A DNA stretch of 30,471 nt from a virus. Its lineage: Duplodnaviria; Caudoviricetes. Shown here piece after piece: positions 17,177-27,900 of the stretch. How positions within the stretch are numbered: position 1 is the stretch's first letter; each line of letters opens with the position of its first letter. The notes under the pieces are model-generated. The model was not told where the DNA came from, did no database searches, and saw only the letters and a list, made by a program, of their open reading frames with translations. The translations under genes and the position numbers were made by a program. Location of the stretch: IMG/VR virus record IMGVR_UViG_3300025018_000415, positions 1-30,471 of that record; one strand, written 5' to 3'.

Positions 17177-17692
17177 ATGAGGCCAGTAGCAAACTTAAAT
17201 ACTAATTCTGATGCATTTCCAGAGTGGTTTCGCGCTCAGTGGACGATTTTGAATAGGGTTATGTCAGATATCACGAAAGTCCTGTCAAACGGAATCGTGT
17301 TGGCTGATAACATGAGCTTTGTGCCCCGAACCGTAGCAATCACTGACGCGACCCGCATCAGAGTAACACATTCCCTCGGCAGGAACCCGATTGTGCTGCT
17401 GGCTGGCGGGCGTATCCTTTGTTACAAAGTGTTCGGGCGCACTAGTAATTACGTTGAAATGTGGTTCAAACTTCCCGAGGCAGAGGTAGTCCCAGAGCGC
17501 GGGAAGTTCAACACTATCCAGTGTAGGGATACGGGGTGGTTTATTGCCGGTGACGTCATCAAGGTCGGGGAAGTCGTGACGGTGGTGGACTCGGCAAGGG
17601 ACGGCATCATCGCGACGCGAGACCCAGTTGTGCTGACAGGCGTTACGAAGGTATCTTTGTACCAGGAGTCAGTGGACCTTTTACTGTTTTGA
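17177..17692 (+). CDS. Small tail-associated protein (171 aa)
   Basis: SD AAGGAG at 17166-17171; N-terminal helix then NGIVLADN and VTHSLGRNP (H-x-L-G-x-x-P, a pattern seen in phage tail/fibre domains); follows the nozzle gene. Confidence 0.65.
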   Translation: MRPVANLNTNSDAFPEWFRAQWTILNRVMSDITKVLSNGIVLADNMSFVPRTVAITDATRIRVTHSLGRNPIVLLAGGRILCYKVFGRTSNYVEMWFKLPEAEVVPERGKFNTIQCRDTGWFIAGDVIKVGEVVTVVDSARDGIIATRDPVVLTGVTKVSLYQESVDLLLF

Positions 17693-17700
17693 GGTGAGCT

Positions 17701-20700
17701 ATGGCAGGGTTCAATATGGGTGGACTTAGCGATCTGAGCAAGAAGCAGGTCGATATGAGCTTCGCCCGATCCCCAGCGAACAACCAGGAGATAAACCTGA
17801 GTTCGATGGAGCGAAAGAAAAAAACACCGGGGGTGCTGACGGGGCCGACAGCCAAGGAAGAGGAGAAGGCCCAAACAGGCACCCAGACAGGCCAAGGTGT
17901 CACGGGGCAGACAGCCGCCGTGGCTACTCCGTTCCAAGGGCTCAGTGCAGACCTTGGCTCTTTCAACACACGTATTGCCGCAAGTGTCAATGCTTTTCTT
18001 CAGGGAGGGGCCAGTGACCTCTCTGCGGAGATGGTTGGGGGCTTCCGGCCCGAGTACGTGAATGGGCAGTGGGTGGACGGCACCGGTGACCAGACGATGG
18101 CGTTGGGGTCAGGTGACCTCGCTGGGCGCAAGGCTGAGGAGTTGGGAGGACTCAAGGAGGCCCTGTCACCATACATGGTTGATGGTCGCTTCAAAAAGTT
18201 CGAGGACGTCATCGAGCAGTTCGGCGATACGAACGGCGACGGTACTATCAGCCCCGAGGAGCAGGCCAATGTGAACCGAGCCTTCTACCTCGTAAATCAG
18301 ATACGACGTTTGAAGTCTATTGCAGCCGGGCCGGAACGCGAGGCGCTACTGATGCAGTTGCAGCAGGAAGACCGAGACGGACTGGTAACTGGCATCATGG
18401 AGGCCATGGATACCTATGAGCAGCTTGCCGGAGAAAGTGGCAAGGGTATGGGCATCAGTGGCGCAGGGGCAAAGGAGTTTCAACTAGGCGATGTTCTCAC
18501 GATGGGTACAGAGGATCTTGCCGCAGAAATCGAAAACGCAGCGTATGGCAAGGACTCACTCTTTGGTGGTACTATGGCCGCCGATCTTCAACGGCAGGCT
18601 GACTTTAGCTCTGAGCGGTACCGGCTTGCAGGAAAAGAACAAGCACGGGTACAGAATGAAATCAAAAAAGTTGCTGATGAGTGGCTTACCGGATACCAGG
18701 AGCAACTTGAGGAGCAACGAGACACCATAAACGAAAACTTTTTGTCTGCGGTGCAAGGGATAGTTGAAGACCTAGACAAAGTGGCAGAGGCAGAAGGAAA
18801 CCCCGAGTGGGTGCAGAGAGCCAAGGACTGGTTCATAGAGACCAGCCAAGGCAGTGCCGAGAACGGGGACGACTTCGCGAGCGTACTACTCGATATGGTC
18901 AACGGTGAGTATGGCTTGCAGCCAGAAGTCAGAGCCATATTTGAGAAGTACCTTGACCAGACACTAGGTGGCGACAGTGGTCAATCATCACTGGCTCGCT
19001 CTTTGTCGATGCTTGCAGACAAAGGATATCTCGAAGTTGAGACAGAAGGTGGAGGGATGAAAAGGGTTCCCCTGACCCTGAAAGATAAACTCTACATCAG
19101 TCAGACGATGGCTAACAAGAACCTGACTACGATGGACAAGCAAGAAAAAATTCGCTCCCTCATAGAAACTCGGACCGGGGCCTATGGCGCAGACCTAAAA
19201 CAGAACACCAGGGTCATCAAGGACCTCATCGGGAGTGGAGAGCTTGAGACTGCCACCAACCTATTCCGTAGCTCATTGGTCAACTCTCTTAAGACTTACA
19301 AGGACTCATTTACCGACCAACTCTACCAGGAGGCAAAGGAAACCGGTGCAGTTCCGGGGCAGGTGGCAGAGGCCATGCAGGAGCAGGCAGGTGCTTTCAT
19401 GGAGGGCATCACCACCCAGGCTGAAACTGCAGTCGGGGAACTTGACAAGAAAGAGGCAGACGCCACTAGGGATATTGAAGAGATTAACGGACTGATGGCG
19501 GCTACCCAGGAGCAGTTGAAAAAAGGCACTGCTATCATCAAGCAGAACTACATCAATGCTATCCAGGGAGCCATCCCACAGTATGCGGCGGCAGTCACTC
19601 AGTACCTCACCGCAGCTAACATGCCATTTGATGAAGCTACTGTGGGCAGATATGCGGAGCTTTACTCGTATTTGCGAGTTCTCTACAACCTGAAGCGCCA
19701 TGGGGCCGGCCCTGCCGGGGACATCTACAATCAGATTCATGGGTACTTTGATGGCCTGCCTGTAGGAGGACAGTACCTAGACAATCTGGTGACGAACCCA
19801 ACTGCAATCTTCAAGATGAGTTCGTTCGAGCTTGACGCACTTAAGAACAGTATGGTGGTTCCGAGATTCCAGCAGTCATTTAAGACGACTGAGCAATACA
19901 ACCAGCTTACTGATTTGTATGGAAGGCTGGCAGGAAATCTCGAAGCAGCTAACCAAGCAGTCGGCGACATCCACGCTGCACGAACCGATTTGGGGAGACT
20001 AGTGGCAAACGCCAACCAGGACTTGGCAACGTTTAGCCAGGAATCGGCCAACCAGATATTCGACCTAGCAAAACAAGGCCAGACTGTAGATCTTGGGGAC
20101 GCTACAGGAGTAACCACGGCAGACATCGACGCCACCCACGGATCTATCCAGTGGGTTGAGGATCCTCACACCGGGGAGAACATTGCTGACGTAGCAGGGG
20201 TGGCACCTGGATTCTCACCTGATGAAGACAGAGTGGGTATCGAGGAAATCACAAAGAACATACCGGAAGCGGAAAAGGAGATGCGTAAAGCTGCCTCTGG
20301 TGCGATGCATAGCCGTTCCGCTCAAGAGGTTGCTCGCGACTTTTCAGAGAAGATGGGTAGGGAGTTCACTTCTGTCTATGATCCTGACCAGAACAGGTAT
20401 GTGGTTACGGATACCGCCACTGGCCGTAAGGTATCTGTAAACCCTAACCCCTACATTGATATCGTCACAAGTGCGGATGACGTCCAAAACGTCAGGAACT
20501 ACGTCAGTGGCCTTGAGAGAGCCGACGACAGTAACAAGAACTGGATGCAAAAATTAGGTTCCACTGTCAGGCAGTGGGTCATGGGGGAGAGGACTCCCGG
20601 ACCACTGGAGTCTGCCTACTCTGACAGGATCTTCGGTGAGGCTAGGCGCAAATTGGATGAGGGCAAATTTGAGGATAGTTTCCGGGGTGGTGCCGCTTAC

Positions 20701-20880
20701 CTGAGCCCACAAGAGATTGACGCTGCAATGCAGGCGTTTACTGCGCCCACTTCCCACAGATCGTCCACACCTACGCCGAGCCCATCTCAGACTGCTGCTA
20801 GTCCGACCGGGGCACAGCGAGGCCAAGTGACCCGTCCAGCCACGGGGCCAAGCCAATTCATATCAGGAGAGTCGATGTAA
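17701..20880 (+). CDS. Putative internal virion / ejection protein with an EF-hand loop (1059 aa)
   Basis: SD GAGGTG; helical, acidic, Gly/Ala/Gln-rich, no Cys seen; contains DTNGDGTISPEE; Pro/Ser/Thr-rich C-terminus; position after the tail genes. Confidence 0.65.
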   Translation: MAGFNMGGLSDLSKKQVDMSFARSPANNQEINLSSMERKKKTPGVLTGPTAKEEEKAQTGTQTGQGVTGQTAAVATPFQGLSADLGSFNTRIAASVNAFLQGGASDLSAEMVGGFRPEYVNGQWVDGTGDQTMALGSGDLAGRKAEELGGLKEALSPYMVDGRFKKFEDVIEQFGDTNGDGTISPEEQANVNRAFYLVNQIRRLKSIAAGPEREALLMQLQQEDRDGLVTGIMEAMDTYEQLAGESGKGMGISGAGAKEFQLGDVLTMGTEDLAAEIENAAYGKDSLFGGTMAADLQRQADFSSERYRLAGKEQARVQNEIKKVADEWLTGYQEQLEEQRDTINENFLSAVQGIVEDLDKVAEAEGNPEWVQRAKDWFIETSQGSAENGDDFASVLLDMVNGEYGLQPEVRAIFEKYLDQTLGGDSGQSSLARSLSMLADKGYLEVETEGGGMKRVPLTLKDKLYISQTMANKNLTTMDKQEKIRSLIETRTGAYGADLKQNTRVIKDLIGSGELETATNLFRSSLVNSLKTYKDSFTDQLYQEAKETGAVPGQVAEAMQEQAGAFMEGITTQAETAVGELDKKEADATRDIEEINGLMAATQEQLKKGTAIIKQNYINAIQGAIPQYAAAVTQYLTAANMPFDEATVGRYAELYSYLRVLYNLKRHGAGPAGDIYNQIHGYFDGLPVGGQYLDNLVTNPTAIFKMSSFELDALKNSMVVPRFQQSFKTTEQYNQLTDLYGRLAGNLEAANQAVGDIHAARTDLGRLVANANQDLATFSQESANQIFDLAKQGQTVDLGDATGVTTADIDATHGSIQWVEDPHTGENIADVAGVAPGFSPDEDRVGIEEITKNIPEAEKEMRKAASGAMHSRSAQEVARDFSEKMGREFTSVYDPDQNRYVVTDTATGRKVSVNPNPYIDIVTSADDVQNVRNYVSGLERADDSNKNWMQKLGSTVRQWVMGERTPGPLESAYSDRIFGEARRKLDEGKFEDSFRGGAAYLSPQEIDAAMQAFTAPTSHRSSTPTPSPSQTAASPTGAQRGQVTRPATGPSQFISGESM

Positions 20881-21590
20881 TGAGTGCTACAACTGCAACA
20901 TTGAAGTCCCAGAGGGCGAGAAACCCACAGGAGTTCGAGGATGCGATGGGGGAGATCGAAAGATCCGTCGCTTCCGTCCAGCGCCAGTACGGCAGTGGAC
21001 AGCAGATGGGAATCGATCCCCGGTTTTCCCGAGCCGCCCCGGCACAGACGTATCAGGCTGGGGAGATGCAACGGAGACAGGCGGCTGTCGATCCGGCATT
21101 TCAGACCGCAACTGCAATCGGTGAGCGAGAGGCGGGGGCACAGAACGCCCTTGCCCAGTCTCTCCAGAAGTACCAGACCTCGGTGGCTGACACTGCATTG
21201 AAGGGTCAGCAATCCCTTGCGGATACTGGGTTTGAGAAGGAAAAGGGCCTGTGGACCGTAGACCAGAATCGAAGAAATCTCGGCTTTTCGATGTACAAAA
21301 ACAACGCCGAGAGGGCCGATGCCATTCAGTCGGCATGGGACCAGGGAGTGGCAGAAGACAAGCTCATTGAGGCTGGCATCAACCATGACATCAGGCTACA
21401 GGATATAGACATGTACTGGAGTAATGTCATGAACGAAGTCGATCAGGCTTTGCGAGATTGGCAGAGCATGACGGATGCGGACTGGTACAAATTTCAGCGT
21501 GATATGGAAGCTAAATCCCAGTCCTGGGGAGCCATTACCGAGGGCGGGATCGGCATCCTTTCGACTGTGCTCGGTGAGGTGTTTGCATGA
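20880..21590 (+). CDS. Putative ejection (pilot) protein (236 aa)
   Basis: TAATG coupling, SD AGGAG; Q/A-rich helices and a Gly-rich hydrophobic C-terminus (WGAITEGGIGILSTVLGEVFA). Confidence 0.65.
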   Translation: MSATTATLKSQRARNPQEFEDAMGEIERSVASVQRQYGSGQQMGIDPRFSRAAPAQTYQAGEMQRRQAAVDPAFQTATAIGEREAGAQNALAQSLQKYQTSVADTALKGQQSLADTGFEKEKGLWTVDQNRRNLGFSMYKNNAERADAIQSAWDQGVAEDKLIEAGINHDIRLQDIDMYWSNVMNEVDQALRDWQSMTDADWYKFQRDMEAKSQSWGAITEGGIGILSTVLGEVFA

Positions 21591-21928
21591 AGGCACGACT
21601 AGTGGATTTCCTACGGAAATCGAGAGACCCTTTGGTACTGGAACGATCGTGGAACACCCAGAAGGTGGAGACCCCCAACCCTCTCCAGCAGGCAGGCCAG
21701 CCGACTCCTCCCGAAGCGGGGCCATCGGCCAAGGCCCTCGATAGTTTTGCTCAGGATATCGACATGCCTGAAGAGCTATCTGTTAGCCCTTTGATGGGAA
21801 ATCCGGCACAGCCACAGCCAGCAAACTTGGGCAGTGCAGACTTCGGTAGCTCGTTCCGTGAGAAGCTACGGCGGCGTCGTTCCCAGGACTACAAGGCTCC
21901 ACAGAGGGGAGGCTTGACCTATGGTTGA
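21587..21928 (+). CDS. Hypothetical protein, Pro/Gln-rich with a basic C-terminus (113 aa)
   Basis: ATGA overlap and SD GAGGTG upstream; fills the gap between two ejection-like genes and overlaps the next start by 8 nt. Confidence 0.6.
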   Translation: MKARLVDFLRKSRDPLVLERSWNTQKVETPNPLQQAGQPTPPEAGPSAKALDSFAQDIDMPEELSVSPLMGNPAQPQPANLGSADFGSSFREKLRRRRSQDYKAPQRGGLTYG

Positions 21929-22691
21929 TTTTTCTCCTGCCACTCCTTCTAGTCGAGTGGCTACGCGTAAAAAAGTCTATGACGAATTTCTCGACCTCGA
22001 CCCGGCGCTGAAGAAACAGCAGTACCGAGAAAGGGAGGCTGCGAAGACTGCCGCCATGAGAGGCGCAGCAGATGCCCTCTCCCAGGCCCCTGGCATTGAG
22101 GGCAAGTTGGGGGCCCAGTCTGCCACCGCGCAGGCGCAGCAACAGATGGCAGGCACTCTCCCCTCCCAGGCTCTCGCACTGCAAACGCAACAGGCGCAGG
22201 GCGCAGGGATGCAACAGGGCATTGCCGGGGCCGAGACTGAACAAGCAGTTCAGAACGTCACGATGGGCATGGAGAAGGGCGCTACAGACTATGCCAGGGC
22301 GGTGGCACAGCAGGCGTTTGCAGCGGGTCTTGATGCCAAGAAAGCCATCTTCCACGCCAACGCAGCCTTTTCTGATGAGGCGTTCCAGAAACTCGCGACT
22401 GATTTTGAAGCAGGGCGGGTAAACAAGCGTGAGCTACAAACGATAGCTCAGGGAATAAAGCAACGTTTGGCCGAGCGTAAGCAGGCGGCAGATGAAGCCT
22501 TGAGAGATGCTTGGCTTGCGTTCAAGGCAGGCATGGAAAAGGGCAACGCTGACAGAGAGAAATCTCGGGTATTGGCAGCTATGCAATTACAGAAAGACGC
22601 TTTGCTGGATGCAGCAAGAGCACAACAAATTGCAGGGATTCTGAGTGGGGCACTGAAGATCGGCGCGACGGTCGCCGGAGCAGCAATGTAA
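21921..22691 (+). CDS. Putative ejection (pilot) protein (256 aa)
   Basis: SD GGAGG; A/Q-rich helices; hydrophobic Gly/Ala C-terminus (IAGILSGALKIGATVAGAAM). Confidence 0.65.
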   Translation: MVDFSPATPSSRVATRKKVYDEFLDLDPALKKQQYREREAAKTAAMRGAADALSQAPGIEGKLGAQSATAQAQQQMAGTLPSQALALQTQQAQGAGMQQGIAGAETEQAVQNVTMGMEKGATDYARAVAQQAFAAGLDAKKAIFHANAAFSDEAFQKLATDFEAGRVNKRELQTIAQGIKQRLAERKQAADEALRDAWLAFKAGMEKGNADREKSRVLAAMQLQKDALLDAARAQQIAGILSGALKIGATVAGAAM

Positions 22692-22704
22692 AGGAGACAC
22701 CTAA

Positions 22705-24918
22705 ATGGCCGATGTACGGAAATCTCGCCGACGAGATAAAGCACCCATCGACTCAAGATACGCAGAGGATGCCGAGTTTACCGAGCCACTTCTTGATGAG
22801 GAGCTATCCTTGGAAGAGGTGGAGAATTTTGACCTTGATGAAGGGCTCCCTCCAGAGGATGTTTTTGATACGGAAGGCAGAGGACTACCAACGCAATATC
22901 CTGATGACCAACTCGATATCCTCAGCGCCGGTCCCCTGGACAGGGAGCCTCGCGCCGGTAGTATTCGCGATAGACTCCGCCGCGCTTCACAGGGCTCTGC
23001 TCTCGAAGGGGCAGACAAGACGACTGGCTATACGCCCAGTGAGGGCGAGACATTTACGTTTGACAACACCGGACAGATGGTAGTACCAGAAGGAGAGTCT
23101 GTCGAAAAGTTTGCTCCTGGTGTTAGAAAAGCTCTTGACAAACTGAATCGTCGGGGCCCTTCTCCGAAAGGAGGGGCTCGCCCGTCACCCACGCCTCGGA
23201 CAAGACCCGGCCCTACCGCCAGCCCACGTCCGGTTGTCTCGCCTAAATTCTCTGCTACAAAACCCCCATCTGCCAAAGCCGCAGGGCCGTTGCCAGGGGC
23301 AGTTGACCCGCGCTATCGGGAGGAGTCGGGGCCTCTTGATGACCTCCTGGGACGGCCCATGGAGCAAGAGGCACCTGCCGACGAACTTGGGGGCCAAGCT
23401 GCTTTGAGGACTGGGGATATTGGAAAAGACCAGGCCATCGGGGGCGGCGGCAAAACTGCCGAGTCTGGGTGGTTCTCGCCCCCTCCTGGATCCGGGTACG
23501 ATCAGCTTTCCGAGGAGGGGACCCTCCCACAGGACCGAAGCCGAACATCAACCGAGGCTCGAACCCGCACAGATCTGGACCCCCGCTACAAGAGCGCCTT
23601 CGATACCACCCTCGACACCCTGCGAGAGGCGCGCCAGACAGGGGTGGGCGAGCTTCAGGGAGCCATTGGCCGGCAGTTCGGGCAAGATGATGGCGCTGAG
23701 AAGGTTGCGGCAGGGCGGCAGGGCGGTCTCGACAGATATCTGGAGGGCATGGACAGGCAGGATCGGAAGCAGTTCATTGACACCATCGCAGGGAACCTTG
23801 GCAAGGTCCTGTCCGGCGGCATCGGGCTGGGGGCAATCCCAACACCGGGGGTCAATGCCGCAGGCCCCTTGAACGTGGCCAAATACTACGACTACAAGCC
23901 GTATGACGCAGTGGCAGGCAGGGCCGCAGAGAAGGGCCGCTTCGATGCCACCATGCACCTCCAGAAAGAGATGGAGTCTGCTCAGAAACAGGGCCGGGAT
24001 GACGAGCTTAAGGCGTATCAGACTCTCGCGGAATACCGTAGTAACATGACAGATAAAGAGCTTGGTCGCATGCTCGACATGCTCCAGTTGACCAAGCAAG
24101 CCACGCAGCTTGGGTACAACATCCAGACAAACTCCATCTTCAACGAGAAGCTGATGCAGGACCTCATGAAGATGGACCATGACGACAGGATGAAATACAC
24201 GGAACTGGCTGTGGATATCCTCACCAAGATGATCGGGGCAAATGCAGCCGGGAACTATCGCTCGGCGCAGGGAGAAAGGCCAGGATATGTCGAGGTGAAG
24301 CCACCCAACCAACGGCGTCTTGATGACATGTTGGGGATGGTTGACAGTGTAGTTGCCTCCTCTTTCCGTGGCTCTAACCTCACGCCTCAACAGATGACTG
24401 ACTCGATAAACCGACAACTACAAGGCAAGGCAGAGAAGAACTACTTGACTGGTAATGTGGAGATTGATGCAATGAGCACCCGTCTCTTGCGGGAGATTCA
24501 GGACCATCTGAACTCCCTGCCCCCGAACGCCGTGGTTCGCGACCCAGCCGCTTACCTCCGTAGTTGGGTCAAGGACCCTCAAGTGCTCTTGCGCCTTGGT
24601 GTGCTGTCTGGCGAGGAGACCCAGTACGAGGGCGGAAAGCCGGTGACAAAGAGGCCGATCACTCAAGTTCCTCCCGGAACCAATATCCCGATACGCGGTA
24701 GCGACGTCGCAGGGCCGACCCCGAGACGGCAGGCCCCCGCCCCGGCACCAACCCAAGCCCCAGCGAAGAAGGGCTCCATCTACCGCTCAAACGGGCAACT
24801 GATGAGCAGGAAGACGGGACAGCCTATCACCAACCGGCAGGAGCTTGAGCAACTGGTGGCTGAGGATGCCAAGCGGGGCCTCAAGTACCCACCAGAAATC
24901 CTGAACAGCGTCAAGTAA
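22705..24918 (+). CDS. Putative internal virion / ejection protein (737 aa)
   Basis: SD AAGGAG; acidic N-terminal region, Pro/Arg-rich linker, Gly-rich hydrophobic patch (IAGNLGKVLSGGIGLGAIP), then helical region. Confidence 0.62.
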   Translation: MADVRKSRRRDKAPIDSRYAEDAEFTEPLLDEELSLEEVENFDLDEGLPPEDVFDTEGRGLPTQYPDDQLDILSAGPLDREPRAGSIRDRLRRASQGSALEGADKTTGYTPSEGETFTFDNTGQMVVPEGESVEKFAPGVRKALDKLNRRGPSPKGGARPSPTPRTRPGPTASPRPVVSPKFSATKPPSAKAAGPLPGAVDPRYREESGPLDDLLGRPMEQEAPADELGGQAALRTGDIGKDQAIGGGGKTAESGWFSPPPGSGYDQLSEEGTLPQDRSRTSTEARTRTDLDPRYKSAFDTTLDTLREARQTGVGELQGAIGRQFGQDDGAEKVAAGRQGGLDRYLEGMDRQDRKQFIDTIAGNLGKVLSGGIGLGAIPTPGVNAAGPLNVAKYYDYKPYDAVAGRAAEKGRFDATMHLQKEMESAQKQGRDDELKAYQTLAEYRSNMTDKELGRMLDMLQLTKQATQLGYNIQTNSIFNEKLMQDLMKMDHDDRMKYTELAVDILTKMIGANAAGNYRSAQGERPGYVEVKPPNQRRLDDMLGMVDSVVASSFRGSNLTPQQMTDSINRQLQGKAEKNYLTGNVEIDAMSTRLLREIQDHLNSLPPNAVVRDPAAYLRSWVKDPQVLLRLGVLSGEETQYEGGKPVTKRPITQVPPGTNIPIRGSDVAGPTPRRQAPAPAPTQAPAKKGSIYRSNGQLMSRKTGQPITNRQELEQLVAEDAKRGLKYPPEILNSVK

Positions 24919-24968
24919 AGACTAACAATGAAGCGGGAGGCTACAGCATATCCCGCATGAGGTGTGCA

Positions 24969-27900
24969 ATGGAAGAGGAAATCGCAATCCCCGTCGAAGA
25001 CACTGAAGAGGAAATCGCAATCCCCGTCGAAGACACTGAAGAGGAAATCGCAATCCCCGTCGAGGACACTGAAGAGGAAATCGCAATTCCCGTCGAGGAC
25101 ACTGAAGAGGAAGAAGTCGCTATCGTGCAGGAGGAAGAGGAACTTGCTACCTACGACCTCGCCACAGACCAGGAAGAGGAAGTGGACCCGGCCCGTCAGG
25201 CAGAATGGCAGGTGTGGCTAACAGCTAAGGACAGGGAAAATGCCAATCTCCGTAAGCTACGCAAGGATGAATTTCTGTTCCCGCGACTCCCTGACAACAA
25301 GGGAGCGGCGCGAGCCCTAGCCTTGGCTGAGAAGAAGCTGGATGAGAAGCGAGCAGCACTTGACGAGGTGAAGCGGTATGAGGCGGGGATTCGTGCTCAG
25401 TTGGCCGGTGTCCCCGAGAAAGAGCAGGACGTAATTGTCCAGGAGAAACTGAAAGAGTTTGTCAGTTCTCGCTACACTCTCGGCGGGTATGGTGACGTGA
25501 TAGCTCGGCTATGGCAAGACACCAAGGAAACCACCTCTCCTCGCGACGAATACAAAGCGATGATTGGCGACAAGGAATACCCCTCTCCGTTGCAGTTCAT
25601 AGAGACTGCTTTCTCTAACCCATTAGACCCCAGTAAATGGTCAGCCACCGTCAAGAATCCTCGCGAGAAACTAGAGAGGATAGTCAACTCTGACCTGATT
25701 CGCCAGGACGGCAGTGTCAACCTCGAAGCCATCTTCCACTCGGACATGCCCCGCGAGTGGCAGAATCAGTTCATGGCCTACGAAGCAGCCAGACAAACCG
25801 GACTCCCCACCGAGATATGGAATGACATCGTTGAAGGCAGGTATGGCTCATTGCCCTCAGAAGAGGGAGGGACAAGCGCACCCAAGCGGGTGGCCCAGAT
25901 GCTTGATGCTGTGGTACTGAACGCCTACTCCAACAAGTTAGGTGGGGTGGACGCCAAGATTGACATGCTGAAAAGGATAACCCCTCCTTACAATGTAGCA
26001 GTTAAGCGGGATAACGGCGGGGCTCTGGTTTTCGATATGCCTGGGACGACAGCAGATGGCATGGCAACTGACTACCAAGGAGACGACCCCACGAGCCCCG
26101 ATGCCCAGAAGCAGTTGTGGGCCGATTTCGTGGGATACTCAGCGAGCATGGTGCAAGACGAATCCCTCTCAAACCTTGCTGATGTCGCCAGTATGATGAC
26201 TGAGTTGGGCATCTCCATCATCATCCCCCCAGCCGCGGGGGCGGTGGCAGGGGCCAGGGCTGCAAAGCTGGCAGCCGTCGCACGCCGGGCTGAGAAAGCG
26301 GCCCACGTATCCCGGATGACGAAGTTGGTAAACCTCGGGGTGAAAGGGGCAGAGGCAACTCCCGGTGTACTCGGGATGGCCTATCGGGCTATCCAAGGTG
26401 ATATCCCTGTAATCGCCACTATGGCGAAAATGACACCGAGAGGGAGGAAGTTAGCGTATACGGTTATCAAGAATAATCCCCGTCTCGCTGGCATTGCCAA
26501 CGCTGCCGATAGGCTTGGCACCATTGCTGCAACTCACGCGACATTGGGGTACATGGGAGCAGGAGAGAAGAGCAAAGAGCAGGCGGCTATTGGCGCAGCA
26601 CTATTCTCTGTACCCCTGAACATCTCCATGGCTGTCAAAGACTCCTTCCACTACAACGTGCTGACGAAGTACCCGAAAGCGTTCAAGCAAATCGAGCGGG
26701 CCACCTCTTACGACCAACTGTCTGACTTTTCAAAGAGGCTTGTGGACTCCAGCGGGATGTCGTGGGATCAGGTAAAGGCTCAGAACAAGCTCTTCAGAGA
26801 CAACGCCCAATTGATGCTTGACGTAGCGTTGCGTTTAGAGCAGGGAATCATCTCTGACAGGAATGTGCCAGAAATTGTCGACGCAATCTCTCGGGATGCT
26901 GGGTTCAGGAAGTTCGCTGACGAGGCTTCGAGGGCCACGACTGAGGACCTGGGGGTAGCTGGAAGGTTTAACAAGTTAGTTGTGGAAGAGTTGGTAAAGC
27001 AACTTGATTCCTTCAGCCGAGATATTGCTGGCCAGTCCGGCACTGTGGCATCGAGGGGGACTGCCTCTGTAGACCAGGGAGCCATCAACAAATTGGGCAT
27101 GCAAAGGCTCAAGAAACGTATAGATGCCATCTCCAATGACGTATGGTCGGACGTCACTAAGCTATTTGCAGCGTTTGACGCTGACCCCTACATCAAGCCC
27201 TATGCCATTGAGTTGAAGAACCGCATCGAGGATCGGGGATTCGGTAGGGACTTGGCTTACAATCGCATGGCCTCACAGATGTTGCAGGCTGGTATCATCA
27301 TTCGTGGGGCCAAGGAGCAAGGGGACAATGCCCTAAGGTTGTTGCGGGAGTACAGTAGTATCCTCGCCAATCCTGGCCCAGACATCAAGAGACTTCGTCG
27401 AATACAGGATGTGGAGAGACATTCCTCTGACGTTACGGGGTTTGTGAAGGTCGCTGACAATTCAGACCTCGGGTACCATTTTGAGTTGAGAACTACTAAG
27501 TTACCTAAGATAGCTCCACAGCCTACGGTGAGAAATATTCTTGCCAATCCAGACGCTATCAATGACATTCTCGACGCTACGAATGATGTACTGAGGGACT
27601 ATACCGAACTGGGTATTGCGTACCGTGGCAGTGGGGCCCCAAAACTCTCGCGAGGGGTCAGGGAACGAATCAAGCTGCTGACCAAGAGGGAGAAGGACTT
27701 CCTTCATGAGACCACTTCCAGCATAGCGGACAGTGATGCCCGTATTAAGAACCTTCGTGAAAGGGCCTCAGTCGCATGGGGCAAAGCAAGGTCTTCCCTT
27801 GCCCAAGCCAACGCACTCGTGAAGAAGTATGGCCTTGCAGACCAAGACATCATGGCCATTCACAAAGTTTTCAAACGCAGGAATCCGCCAAAGAAGAAGG

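Noticed and set aside
23548-24417. 289-aa minus-strand ORF, and the other minus-strand or nested ORFs in the track
   Set aside because: They lie almost wholly within well-supported + strand genes, have shadow-type composition and show no recognisable domains.
24972-25112. 33-bp repeats as a CRISPR array
   Set aside because: Units are directly adjacent with no spacers, are a multiple of three, differ only synonymously within an open reading frame, and no cas genes are present.
24964-25221. Track ORF MQWKRKSQSPSKTLKRK... (85 aa)
   Set aside because: Alternative frame over the repeats. The unit differences are non-synonymous in this frame and synonymous in the 24969 frame, which also has a properly spaced SD and stays open to the window end.
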